Assembly: GCA_965248575.1 (NCBI GenBank)
Contig: CBDFJQ010000002.1
Span: 544,001 to 608,000, forward strand
Reading direction: 5' to 3'
Source: Planctomycetota bacterium
GTDB taxonomy: Bacteria; Planctomycetota; B15-G4
Length of the DNA: 64,000 nucleotides
The notes beneath the pieces are model-generated. The model did not search any database and was not told the origin of the DNA. It saw only the letters and a list, made by a program, of their open reading frames with translations. Shown in pieces: positions 19,422 through 28,758 of this stretch. Both the position numbers and the translations under genes were made by a program. Numbering within the stretch: position 1 is the stretch's first letter; every line of letters begins with the position of its first letter.

Positions 19422-20462
19422 CTAGACCAAATCGTCGCTGTGAGGCGGCGCTGGTGTTCCGCTTTCCCGCTGAGACGTCTCTGATGACGAATGAGCACAG
19501 TGGCGCTCGAGCTGGGCCAGGAAGACGGCCAGGTCGTCGGGCACTGGCGCCTCGACGACCAGCGACCCCCAGCAAAACCGGGTGGCATGCAGGGCGGGGC
19601 GGGAGCAGATGGCTCGCTCGGGTTGGCCCCGCTTGGGCCTGTATTTGAGCTTGAGCTGGCTGAGCTGGACGCGATCGTCCTCGCCGTAGAGCTTGTCACA
19701 GGCCACTGGATGCCCGCTGAGAGCGAGGTGGGCACGAATCTGATGGCTGCGGCCCGTGTCCGTTGCCCAGAGCCGGAGCAGGCTGTAGCCGCGGAACCGG
19801 CGCTCAAGCGCCCACTCCGTCACGCTGGGTCGGCCGTGCTTCGGGTCGGCGATCATCTTGGCGTCGCTCTTGCGCCGCTTGCCGAGCGAGACGTCCATCC
19901 GGCCGCTGGTCTCTCGCAGTTCGCGGCGAATCACGGCCAGATACTCCATGCGTGCTTCGCCGGCGCGGAAGGCAGCGGCCAGCCGTTCCTCTGCGGCGCG
20001 GTTCTTGGCCGTGACCACGAGGCCCGAGGTGTCCTTGTCGAGGCGGTGTACGGGGCGCAGGCGCCCGCATTCAGGCGGCAGGAAGGATGCCATGCGTTCC
20101 ACGGCCGAGCGGCCAGAGCCCGCACGACTGGCATCGAAGGGCAAACCGCTGGGCTTGGCAGCGACGAGGAAGTCATCGTCCTCGTGCAGCAAGACGAGGG
20201 CCTCGCTGGCCGTGCGCGACAGCTCCGCAAGGTCGAGGTTGAAATGCACTTGATCACCCATCCTGAGGGTGACCGAGGGCCCTGCGGGCTCGCCGTTCAG
20301 GAGGAACGCCCCCTCCTTCGCCGCGCTGGCGACGAGGCGTCGATCCAGCGGCCCCGCCAAGGCGTCTAGATACTTCAGAAGGGAGCTTCCCTGCTGTTCT
20401 CGAGTGACCTCGAGATACGTTTCCAATCCGACCCCATGAGGGTCTGATGCGCCTTCCTTCAC
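19422..20462 (-). CDS. RluA family pseudouridine synthase
   Basis: KPSGL, HRLDKDTSG, TGRSHQIRAHL, DKLYG, LHA; S4-like N-terminus. Confidence 0.92.
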   Translation of the reverse strand: MKEGASDPHGVGLETYLEVTREQQGSSLLKYLDALAGPLDRRLVASAAKEGAFLLNGEPAGPSVTLRMGDQVHFNLDLAELSRTASEALVLLHEDDDFLVAAKPSGLPFDASRAGSGRSAVERMASFLPPECGRLRPVHRLDKDTSGLVVTAKNRAAEERLAAAFRAGEARMEYLAVIRRELRETSGRMDVSLGKRRKSDAKMIADPKHGRPSVTEWALERRFRGYSLLRLWATDTGRSHQIRAHLALSGHPVACDKLYGEDDRVQLSQLKLKYRPKRGQPERAICSRPALHATRFCWGSLVVEAPVPDDLAVFLAQLERHCAHSSSETSQRESGTPAPPHSDDLV

Positions 20463-20463
20463 G

Positions 20464-22353
20464 TCATGAGCTGATGTAGAGGCCCCAGAGATTACTCACC
20501 GTCTGCAGCACGCCGCCGGCGTCCGTGGTGACTACCTGGGTTGGGAAACGGAAGCCCACGATCGATGGATCGTTGGGCACGATCTGGCCGAAAATGATGT
20601 CACCCGACGCGTTGAGCGGCAAGAACTGAATGAGGGCCGGGGGCGCAGGGAAGGCCGTCATCGTGATGGCGCCGATGGGGGTCAGAAGCTCGGACAACGA
20701 AACCACCATGTACGCGTTGGTGTCGCCCGCGGGTCCATCGATGTGGACGGTGACCATGTCACCGGCCGAGACGGGGTTGGGCGAGGTCGTCAGCTCGGTG
20801 ACCCAGAGCGGGTCATGAATGACCCGCACATCGATGCTGCTCAAGCCCGCCACGTCCAACGACAAGGAGCCGTTTACGGGGTCTGAATCCACCAGGGTCA
20901 CCAGGGCGCTCGTGCCTGGCACGACAAGGCGGCTGGGGGTGTTCGGGAAGCCCTTCAAGACGACGCGCGTGCTTCCCAAACTCGAGTTGGTCACCTGGAT
21001 GCGGTACGGCATCGCGCCGGTGAGGCCAGCTTCAGCCGCGTCGATTTCCAGGGTTGTTGCGTTGGTGAGGCTCGACACGGTGATCAACTTCGCGGGGACA
21101 ACCACCTCCCCATCAATGTAGACGAACTGGTCATCCCGTAGCTGGGTCGTGGAGGCCCAGGAGACGGGGCCACCGAGGTCTTGCTGCGCCTCGAACTCAT
21201 CAGGCGTGCGATCCACGCTGAGTCCGTCGAAGAAGTCGAAGAGATCGACTTCGTCGAGCACGGCCCAGGAGTGCGGGGCAGGAACCGACGGCGGACCGGG
21301 GAGCACTGTGCCCGTCACGATGGTCTTCTGCACGGAGGCACCCAGGGTGTTCAGCTCGCTCTCGAGCTGATCGCAGATGACGGGCACCTGGCTCAGGGTG
21401 TCTTGGCTGTCGTAGGTGATGTAGGTCGGCACGCTGGCGAGGTTCGTCACCATGCTCTTGGAGGAGTCTGGTGAAGCCAACCACAACGGGGGGTAGGAGC
21501 CCGTGCTGTTGAAGATCGCGCTGGCCGCCTGGTATCCGAACTGCTTGGTGCCTGGCGGGCCGTCGAAGTTGTAGGGGTTCTCCATCCAGGCCTGCAGGTT
21601 GGCATCCCCGATGGTGTATTCCATCGTCCAATCGCCGGAGGCGGAGACGAGGCCCAGGCCGGCGATCATGACGCCGGCGGGGTCGCGGTGGCGCGCCGCG
21701 AAGTTGACGCTGATGCCCGCGCCCGCCGAGAAGCCGACCAAGTACAGGCGGTCGGGGTCCACGTTGAAGTTGTTCAACATGTACTCGATGGCGGCGTACG
21801 TGTTCTGCTGCGAGATGGCCGCGCCGAACAACTGGTCGTCCAGGCCGGTCACGGAGAGATACATCCAGTCGCGGTTGTTCGCTTCCTCGTCCAGGGTGGA
21901 CTGGGCGGCGACACTGGCGGCGGAGCCCCCGTAGCCGTGGTAGGCGACGACCATGGGGTGCGGCGTGCCGACAGCGCTGTAGTTGTCAGGCAGTTGGTAG
22001 TCGATGAACTCCTCGAAGCCCGTGCCCGTCAGCTCCTTGGGCACCTGGAAGTTCACGATGGTGGCGTTCTGGGTGTTGCCGCTCGGGAGCATCGCGCCGT
22101 AGGGCAAGCGGTCCGCGTAGAACAGCGAGTTCCGCGGGCTGCCGGCCGTGATGGCAGGCAGGGGCGGGAATCCAAGGGTCCCGGTCGCGGCGATACGCTT
22201 CTGGCGAGCCAGGGCATCGACGGCATTGCCGTCCACCAAGGTGCCAGCGAGAGGCGGAGAGCCGCCTAGGGTCTGTGCGGTAGCCGGGGAGGCGGCAGCC
22301 AGCAGAGCCAAGAAGGCCACGAGAATCAGCTTGGATCGGACCATGGGATCCAT
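20464..22353 (-). CDS. Secreted alpha/beta-hydrolase with shared C-terminal domain, paralog 2
   Basis: Signal peptide MVRSKLILVAFLALLAAASPATA; AYHGYGGS, GFSAG, PHSW. Start 22353 or 22344. Confidence 0.8.
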   Translation of the reverse strand: MDPMVRSKLILVAFLALLAAASPATAQTLGGSPPLAGTLVDGNAVDALARQKRIAATGTLGFPPLPAITAGSPRNSLFYADRLPYGAMLPSGNTQNATIVNFQVPKELTGTGFEEFIDYQLPDNYSAVGTPHPMVVAYHGYGGSAASVAAQSTLDEEANNRDWMYLSVTGLDDQLFGAAISQQNTYAAIEYMLNNFNVDPDRLYLVGFSAGAGISVNFAARHRDPAGVMIAGLGLVSASGDWTMEYTIGDANLQAWMENPYNFDGPPGTKQFGYQAASAIFNSTGSYPPLWLASPDSSKSMVTNLASVPTYITYDSQDTLSQVPVICDQLESELNTLGASVQKTIVTGTVLPGPPSVPAPHSWAVLDEVDLFDFFDGLSVDRTPDEFEAQQDLGGPVSWASTTQLRDDQFVYIDGEVVVPAKLITVSSLTNATTLEIDAAEAGLTGAMPYRIQVTNSSLGSTRVVLKGFPNTPSRLVVPGTSALVTLVDSDPVNGSLSLDVAGLSSIDVRVIHDPLWVTELTTSPNPVSAGDMVTVHIDGPAGDTNAYMVVSLSELLTPIGAITMTAFPAPPALIQFLPLNASGDIIFGQIVPNDPSIVGFRFPTQVVTTDAGGVLQTVSNLWGLYISS

Positions 22354-22660
22354 CCGTTTACGGAGTGCGGGATTGAGTTTGCCGAGGGCCAAGGGACCGG
22401 GATTCGGGTCTGAACGGTCGAGAGGCCGGTGGCAGTCTACCCCCGACTTCAAGCTTCCACCAGATGGGCAGCGGCTTGTGAATTGGCTCATGGCACTGAA
22501 TCCGGGGTTTGAATCGCAATTTGGAAGGCGTGTGGCGTGTCTCATGAAGGCTCTCAGCCGCTGGAGTGAGGGCAGGAACCTGGGGCTGCCAAACGACCCA
22601 GCTCAAGCGAAGCCGAGCGTGAAAGGGGCTCGCGGAGGCCGGGTCGAAGCCTCTATCGGC

Positions 22661-24502
22661 CTAATTCACGTCCAGGGCGTAGGGATTGCTGGTGTCGTGG
22701 ACCCAGCCCCCGGGGCCCAGGAGTGCTCCCTGCAGCGAGAGCCGGAGGCCTGTCAGGGAGGGGTCGGACGGCATGCTCAGCTTCAGCAGCAGTTTTCCGG
22801 AGGCATCCAGGGGCAGGGGCTGGATCAGAGCTGGAAAAGCTGGGGACACCACCAGCAGCGTGCCGGGGCCCAGGGGCAGCAGCTGCTCTTCAAGTGACAG
22901 GACGGTCCAGAGAGTGTCGGGGCCGCTGGTCGCCTGGACCGCCAGCTGGAAGGAGCCTCCCAGCGGCACGGGGTCTGGGCTCAAGCTCAGCCGGGTCTCC
23001 CACGGAGCAGCGCGGTAGGCGAGAGAGGCGGTCGAGGAGGCCGGAACCGCGACGAGCGTCCGGTCGCTATCGGGCCACCACTCGGTGTTCTCCGCCAGCT
23101 CACCCGAGGCGCTGGTGAAGTACCCCGGCAGTTCGTCAACCTTCTCCACGCCCACGAGAAGCTGCCGGGCATCTGGCGCAACGGCTGTCAGCGAGAGCAC
23201 GTCTTGCTTGTTCAGCCCGGCCGGCCCGAGGCGGAACACCACGCTGCTCACATTCTTACTCTCTGCCAGAGCCAGGCTGCGCGTGGCGGTGTCGACATTT
23301 GCGCGGACCGAGCCGAAGGTGTCGGGCAGGGCGAGCTCGACATCGAGGAAGGAGATGGGTTGGTCCGAGGCCAGCAAGACGTCAAGCGCATGAGGCGCGC
23401 GCTGGACGACATGGCCCTCCAGGAAGTCGACGAGGGCGACGGGGTCCATGACGGCCCAGGAGTGCGTCGCCGCACTTCCGTCTGCTGGGTTCAGCGTCCC
23501 CGTCACGGGATGCGACGACACCGTGCCGCCTCTTGCCTGCAGCAGGGTCACGAGTCTCGCACTCTGATCGGGCAAGCTGATCAAGGTGTCTGCCTCGTCC
23601 CAGCCGATCCATGCCGGGGTGTTCTCGAGATTCCAGCCCAGACTCCTGGGCGCCGTCACACTGCCGGGAAGCGGCGGGTAGCTGCCCGCATCGTGGTAAA
23701 GGGTTGACGTCGCCTGATAGGCAAAGACGTCGCTGCTGGGGGAGGTGCCGAAGTTGTTGGGGTTCAACATCCACGCGCGAATGGACGGGTCGAGCGTGTA
23801 GGCCATGGCCCAATCGTAGGACCCGGACACCAACCCCAAGGCTGCGAGCATGATGCCATCAGGGTCCCGATGCGTGGCCGCATAGTTGGCGGCGATGCCG
23901 GCGCCGAGCGAGAAGCCCACCATGTACAAGCGATCGGGATCGATGCTGTAGGTGTCGAGCATGTACTGGATCACGGCGTCGACGTTCTGTTGGCAGAGTT
24001 CGGTCCCAAAGAGCTGGTCGTCGAGGCCCGTGACCGACAGGTAGAACCATCCTCGTGCCGCGCAGAGTTCATCCAAGAGCGTCTGCTTCGCCACGCTGGC
24101 CGCTGAACTCCCGAAGCCGTGATACGCGATCAGCATGGGCGCCGCGGCATCGCTCGGGCTGTAGCCGGGCGTCAGTTGGTAGGCGTACGGTTCGGCGTAA
24201 CCCGTTCCCGTGTAGGACTGATTGAGAATCGCCTCGATGGGCGAGACGCTGGACACGGCCAGGCTGGCCTGTTGAGCCGCATCGGGTCGAACCTCGATCC
24301 GATCGATGTCGCGCAAGGTGTCCGTGCGCAGATCGGCTCGGAGCAGCGGCAAGGCTGGGAACCCCAACGATGCCGAGGCTCCCTTGGGGGAAACGGGAGG
24401 GGGCCCTGCTTTGGGCTGAATGGAATTTTGCTGGCCCGCAGCAGTCCCCGTTGGGCCGAGGGCGACGCACAGCAAGATCAGCAGTCGGGAGATCCGTCGC
24501 AT
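22661..24502 (-). CDS. Secreted alpha/beta-hydrolase with shared C-terminal domain, paralog 3
   Basis: Signal peptide MRRISRLLILLCVALG; AYHGFGSS, GFSLG, THSW. Confidence 0.8.
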   Translation of the reverse strand: MRRISRLLILLCVALGPTGTAAGQQNSIQPKAGPPPVSPKGASASLGFPALPLLRADLRTDTLRDIDRIEVRPDAAQQASLAVSSVSPIEAILNQSYTGTGYAEPYAYQLTPGYSPSDAAAPMLIAYHGFGSSAASVAKQTLLDELCAARGWFYLSVTGLDDQLFGTELCQQNVDAVIQYMLDTYSIDPDRLYMVGFSLGAGIAANYAATHRDPDGIMLAALGLVSGSYDWAMAYTLDPSIRAWMLNPNNFGTSPSSDVFAYQATSTLYHDAGSYPPLPGSVTAPRSLGWNLENTPAWIGWDEADTLISLPDQSARLVTLLQARGGTVSSHPVTGTLNPADGSAATHSWAVMDPVALVDFLEGHVVQRAPHALDVLLASDQPISFLDVELALPDTFGSVRANVDTATRSLALAESKNVSSVVFRLGPAGLNKQDVLSLTAVAPDARQLLVGVEKVDELPGYFTSASGELAENTEWWPDSDRTLVAVPASSTASLAYRAAPWETRLSLSPDPVPLGGSFQLAVQATSGPDTLWTVLSLEEQLLPLGPGTLLVVSPAFPALIQPLPLDASGKLLLKLSMPSDPSLTGLRLSLQGALLGPGGWVHDTSNPYALDVN

Positions 24503-24652
24503 GGAGACAGCAGCTGGGGTCGCAGGGAAGGGGTTCGTCTGCCTCTTCGACCCCTGGCATGCTGCTGCTTGAAGCGGCGTATCGGCGGGGGTGGGTCTTG
24601 GACCGCCCAACCCGGCCCTGACACCAGTGAAGGCAAGTCGTCCTGACAGCCG

Positions 24653-25834
24653 CTACCCGTTCTTGATCGCCTGCAATCGCTGCGCGGCATCCCAACGGCC
24701 TTGGGGCGGCAGGGCCAGGAGCTCGCGGTAGCTCTGCGCCGCCTGTTCGGTGAGTCCAAGCGTTTCCAGGCAGCGTGCCTGTTCGTAGAGCGCGCGTTCT
24801 CGTTCGCCCCCGATCTCTGTCAGCTGCACCGCTGTCTCGAGAGGGCCCAAGGCGTCCTCGGGGCGGCCAACGGCTCGCAACAACATGCCGGAGTTCAGGT
24901 GAGCACCCACATGGGTCGGGTCCAGTGCCACGGCGGCGCCGTAATACTGCAAGGCCTCGTCGTTGCGGCCCTGCACCATGCGCACGAAGCCCATGTTGAA
25001 CAGGGCAGGCACGTCCTCGGTGCGCGCCGCCAGCACCCGCTGCAAGCCGCCCTCGGCTTGGTCGAGGAAGGCGCCGTCCTGCTTCACGGTCCGATAGAGG
25101 TCGAGGTAGATCTTGGCCACGCCCAGGGCTGCGTCTGTGTCCTCGGGGTCGTCCGCGAGTCGTTCCCGAAAGCGGTTGAGGTATTGCTGGATGCGTTCGA
25201 GGTGATCGCTGCGCTCCAGATGATCGCGCGCCGCCTGCTTGTCATCGCGGGCCAACGCCAACTGGTAGAGCATGTGGTGGGCCTCGGCTGCGAGCGGGCC
25301 CCAGGAGTCCGTCTGCAGATAGGTCTCGAAGGCATTGCGTGCCAAGGGTGCGTTGTCTGCCATGGCCGCCGCCCTGCCCGTCACCAGGACGAGGTAGGGG
25401 AAGTCCGTGGCCAGGCCGCGCCCCTGATCGATGTGGACCTGGGCTTCTGCCAGCCGGCCCAGCTCGAGCAGGACATCCGCCAACATGCCGTGCGCTCGAC
25501 CGTTGCCAGGGTTTGCGAGCAGCTCGGCCTCAAAGGCCAGCAGGGCGTCCTCCGGCCGTCCCATGTCCGAGTAGGCCAGCCCGCGGTAGTACTGGACGCC
25601 GCTCGGTGCGTTGCCGGCAGCCAGCAGCGCGTCGATCTCTCCCAAGGCCGACTCCGGTCTGCCGTCACGCAGCGCCTGAAGCACGCCGGGGATGCGCGGC
25701 TCCAGGCTGCGCGGATCAAAGGCCGTCACGGGTTCAGGTCCACAAGCTGAAAGAACAGAGAGGGACACGAGTGCGAGGCTGCAGGCAAGGGCCCGTCGCG
25801 TGCTTCGTGCGCAGCAGGTGAGGGTGCGGATCAC
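24653..25834 (-). CDS. Tetratricopeptide-repeat lipoprotein
   Basis: Lipobox LSAC; repeated TPR patterns (YYRGLAY, AHGMLAD, LFNMGFV, HLNSGML); 4-nt overlap with the upstream gene. Confidence 0.85.
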   Translation of the reverse strand: MIRTLTCCARSTRRALACSLALVSLSVLSACGPEPVTAFDPRSLEPRIPGVLQALRDGRPESALGEIDALLAAGNAPSGVQYYRGLAYSDMGRPEDALLAFEAELLANPGNGRAHGMLADVLLELGRLAEAQVHIDQGRGLATDFPYLVLVTGRAAAMADNAPLARNAFETYLQTDSWGPLAAEAHHMLYQLALARDDKQAARDHLERSDHLERIQQYLNRFRERLADDPEDTDAALGVAKIYLDLYRTVKQDGAFLDQAEGGLQRVLAARTEDVPALFNMGFVRMVQGRNDEALQYYGAAVALDPTHVGAHLNSGMLLRAVGRPEDALGPLETAVQLTEIGGERERALYEQARCLETLGLTEQAAQSYRELLALPPQGRWDAAQRLQAIKNG

Positions 25835-27678
25835 GGCTCGGTCTCATTCAAGGGGGTGCTGCGGACGATGCCCATGCCCTTCTGGACGGTCACATGCTGG
25901 CCGCCAAACAGTCGCTCGGGATCCAACTCCTCCTGGTCTCCGCCCAGCCAAAGAACGCGGGCAGTCAGGAAATCCGAGCCAGGTGGCAAGACCACATGCA
26001 GGCGGCTGTCGTCCTGGCTCTGGAAACTGCTCGCTGAGCGTTTCTGATAGGCGCTGGTGTGCAGGGATGTCTGCACAAGGAGCGTCGAGCCGAAGGCGTC
26101 CGGCCCGATGCCCTGGTCACCCTCGAGCGTGACCAACAGCTGCCGGCCTGGCGCATGGAGCGTGTTCAGGAACAGGCGCGGGGAGTCGTCGAGACGCACC
26201 ACCAGCAGGTCGAGGTCGCCGTCGTTGTCGATGTCAGCGCGTAGGGCAGCCCGGCCCCGGTGTCGCGTGAGGTCGGGGAACTCATTGCCCGAGAAGCGAC
26301 CCTCGGCTTCACCCCGCAGCATGATCAGCGGCTGGGCATAGCTGCTGCTGGTCCCATCCCGGTCAGCTTCGGGGTAGACGTGGCCGTTGCTGAAGAACAC
26401 ATCGTCGAAACCGTCCGCATCGAAGTCGGCCAGGTGTACGCCCCAACCCAGCAGCGGGCGGCTGGCGGCAGACAGTCCCAGGTTCGTGGACACGTCCCGG
26501 AAACGCAGCCCGCCTTCCGCTCGATAGAGGGTGTTGGATTCGGATGAGAAGTTCGTGACCACGAGATCGAAATCGCCGTCGCGATCCCAGTCGGCGGCGT
26601 TCACGCCCATGCCTGCTTGAGGTCGGCCGGCCCGGTCGCTCACGGCACCGGACATGCGGCTGGCGTTCTCGAAGGTCCCATTCCCTGTGTTGCGGAGCAG
26701 GAAGTTGTCGACCGAGTCGTTGGCCACGTACACGTCGCAGCGGCCGTCCTGATCGAGGTCCATGAACAGGAGCCCCAAACCATAGGCGGGTGGAATGTCG
26801 GCGAGCCCCGCTGCCCGGGTGCGGTCCTCGAACCACGGCGCTGCGTCGAGGCCACCCAGGAACACGTCGGGTTGGGCATCCAAGCCGTGGGGGCCGCACA
26901 ACACGCTGTGGCCCTCGAAGCGACAAGGCACGCCGCGCACATCCCCGTCCGGAATCCTGGTGGGGTCCAGCTCCAGGTAGCGCACCAGGTAGAGGTCGAG
27001 CAGGCCGTCCCCGTCGGCGTCCGCGAGAGCGAGGCTGGTGGTCCAGTCGAGAGGGCTGCTCCGGCCGGGTAGCGCGTGCTTCTCGAATCGGATGCCGCCG
27101 CCGGGTTCCGTGCGGTTGAGGAACAGGGCGTCCTCGCCGTGGCCGCCGATGACGAGGTCTGGGCGGCCGTCCCGGTCGACGTCACCCGAACAAACTCCCG
27201 TTGGCCAACCCTGCATGCTGAGGCCCGCGCCCTCTACGGGTTCGAAACGGGGCACGCCCTCCCGCTGACCGCGGTTGACGAACACAGGGTGGCTCACGGA
27301 GCTGCCGGCCACCAAGCCTTCGTGGGTGTTGCCCTGGATGAACACGATGTCCAGCAGGCCGTCCGCATCCAGGTCGACGAGGGCCGCGCCGCTGCCGTTG
27401 ACCTCCAGGATGCTTGTCTTGTGGAGGGCGTCGCCTCCCGCACCCAGCTGCAGGTCGAGGCCCGCCGCCTCGGTGATATCGTCGAATCCAAACGAGCCTG
27501 CAAGCTCGGGTTCTTGAGTGCGTCCTCCGGCCCCGGGCGCTTCGTGCGAATCCCCGGGGTCTGAGCAGGCGCAGAGGCCGCTCAGCCAAAGGCCCAGGCA
27601 TGCGGCCCATGCAGCCGAGGGCAGGCGCCAAGCCGAGGGGCGGGTGCGGACAGTCAGTTGGGGGAGGGCGCCGGACAT
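25831..27678 (-). CDS. CRTAC1 family protein (FG-GAP/VCBS repeats plus ASPIC/UnbV domain)
   Basis: Lipobox LCAC; repeats DLDADGLLD, DVDRDGRPD, DADGDGLLD, DWDRDGDFD, DIDNDGDLD; AGMG; SFQSQDDSRLH. Confidence 0.9.
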   Translation of the reverse strand: MSGALPQLTVRTRPSAWRLPSAAWAACLGLWLSGLCACSDPGDSHEAPGAGGRTQEPELAGSFGFDDITEAAGLDLQLGAGGDALHKTSILEVNGSGAALVDLDADGLLDIVFIQGNTHEGLVAGSSVSHPVFVNRGQREGVPRFEPVEGAGLSMQGWPTGVCSGDVDRDGRPDLVIGGHGEDALFLNRTEPGGGIRFEKHALPGRSSPLDWTTSLALADADGDGLLDLYLVRYLELDPTRIPDGDVRGVPCRFEGHSVLCGPHGLDAQPDVFLGGLDAAPWFEDRTRAAGLADIPPAYGLGLLFMDLDQDGRCDVYVANDSVDNFLLRNTGNGTFENASRMSGAVSDRAGRPQAGMGVNAADWDRDGDFDLVVTNFSSESNTLYRAEGGLRFRDVSTNLGLSAASRPLLGWGVHLADFDADGFDDVFFSNGHVYPEADRDGTSSSYAQPLIMLRGEAEGRFSGNEFPDLTRHRGRAALRADIDNDGDLDLLVVRLDDSPRLFLNTLHAPGRQLLVTLEGDQGIGPDAFGSTLLVQTSLHTSAYQKRSASSFQSQDDSRLHVVLPPGSDFLTARVLWLGGDQEELDPERLFGGQHVTVQKGMGIVRSTPLNETEP

Positions 27679-27730
27679 GGGTGACGACGAGGATAAGGTG
27701 GTGTCCCCGCCCGTTGCTACACTTCGCGCC

Positions 27731-28747
27731 ATGCACGACTTGCGCAGCGACACCGTGACCCGCCCGACCCCCGCCATGCGGGCCGCCATGTCGGCGGCCG
27801 AAGTGGGGGATGACGTCCTCGGCGAAGACCCCACCATCAATCTCCTGGAGCAGGAGTCCGCGGCCCTGTTCGGCAAGCAAGCGGCGCTCTTCGTTCCCAG
27901 TGGCACCATGGGCAACCAGCTCTGCCTGGGTGTCCTCAGCCGCCCGGGGGACGAGATCATTGCCGAGGCCCAGGCCCATATCCTGATCAATGAGGTGGGC
28001 TCTGTGTCGCGTCTGTGGGGCTGCCAGATCCGAGCCGTGCCCGGCACGCGGGGCGCACTCGACCCTGCGCAGGTGGAGGCCGCAGTCCGGGAGGAGGACA
28101 TCCATCACCCCCGGACCTCCGTGCTCTCCGTCGAGAACACCCACAACTATGCCGGTGGCACGGTGCTGCCCCTGGAGCAGCTGGATGCCCTGTGCCAGGT
28201 CGCGAAGCGGAACGACATGGCGGTGCAGATGGATGGGGCGCGATTGTTCAACGCCCAGGTGGCCAGCGGCATCCCCGTCGCCCGCTGGGTGCGCGATGTC
28301 GATCTGGCGTCGGTCTGTCTGTCGAAGGGCTTGGGCGCCCCGGTGGGTTCGCTGGTGGTGGGCGATGCGCTGCGTATCGGGGAGTGCCGCAAGCTGCGAA
28401 AGGCCTTGGGAGGCGGCATGCGTCAGGCGGGCGTGCTTGCTGCGGCGGCGCGACTCGCCCTCGAAGAAGGACCAACGCTCATGCGGGAGGACCATCGTCG
28501 GGCGCGTTCCATGGCCGAAGCCCTGACGGATCTTCCCGGTGTGGACATCGATCTGGATGCGGTCCAGACGAACATCGTCTTCCTGACCACCCGCGGCTCG
28601 GCGCCCGAAGCCGAAGCTGCGTATGCGGCCAAGGGCATCCTTGGCTTCGCCCTCTCCCCGCACCGCATGCGCTTCGTGTTCCACCGGGACGTGGGCGACG
28701 AGGCCTTGGAGGCCGTGGTGGCTGCCAGCCGCGAACTCTTCGCCTGA
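27731..28747 (+). CDS. ltaE: Low-specificity L-threonine aldolase
   Basis: DLRSDTVT, GDDVLGEDPT, SGTMGNQ, ENTHN, DGARLFNA, PLP lysine in CLSKGLGAPVGS, GGGMRQAG. Confidence 0.95.
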   Translation: MHDLRSDTVTRPTPAMRAAMSAAEVGDDVLGEDPTINLLEQESAALFGKQAALFVPSGTMGNQLCLGVLSRPGDEIIAEAQAHILINEVGSVSRLWGCQIRAVPGTRGALDPAQVEAAVREEDIHHPRTSVLSVENTHNYAGGTVLPLEQLDALCQVAKRNDMAVQMDGARLFNAQVASGIPVARWVRDVDLASVCLSKGLGAPVGSLVVGDALRIGECRKLRKALGGGMRQAGVLAAAARLALEEGPTLMREDHRRARSMAEALTDLPGVDIDLDAVQTNIVFLTTRGSAPEAEAAYAAKGILGFALSPHRMRFVFHRDVGDEALEAVVAASRELFA

Positions 28748-28758
28748 GGGCAGCGGGT

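Noticed and set aside
22354..22660. About 300-bp intergenic region as a possible ncRNA or riboswitch
   Set aside because: No recognisable conserved motif or convincing structure; an Rfam search would be needed.
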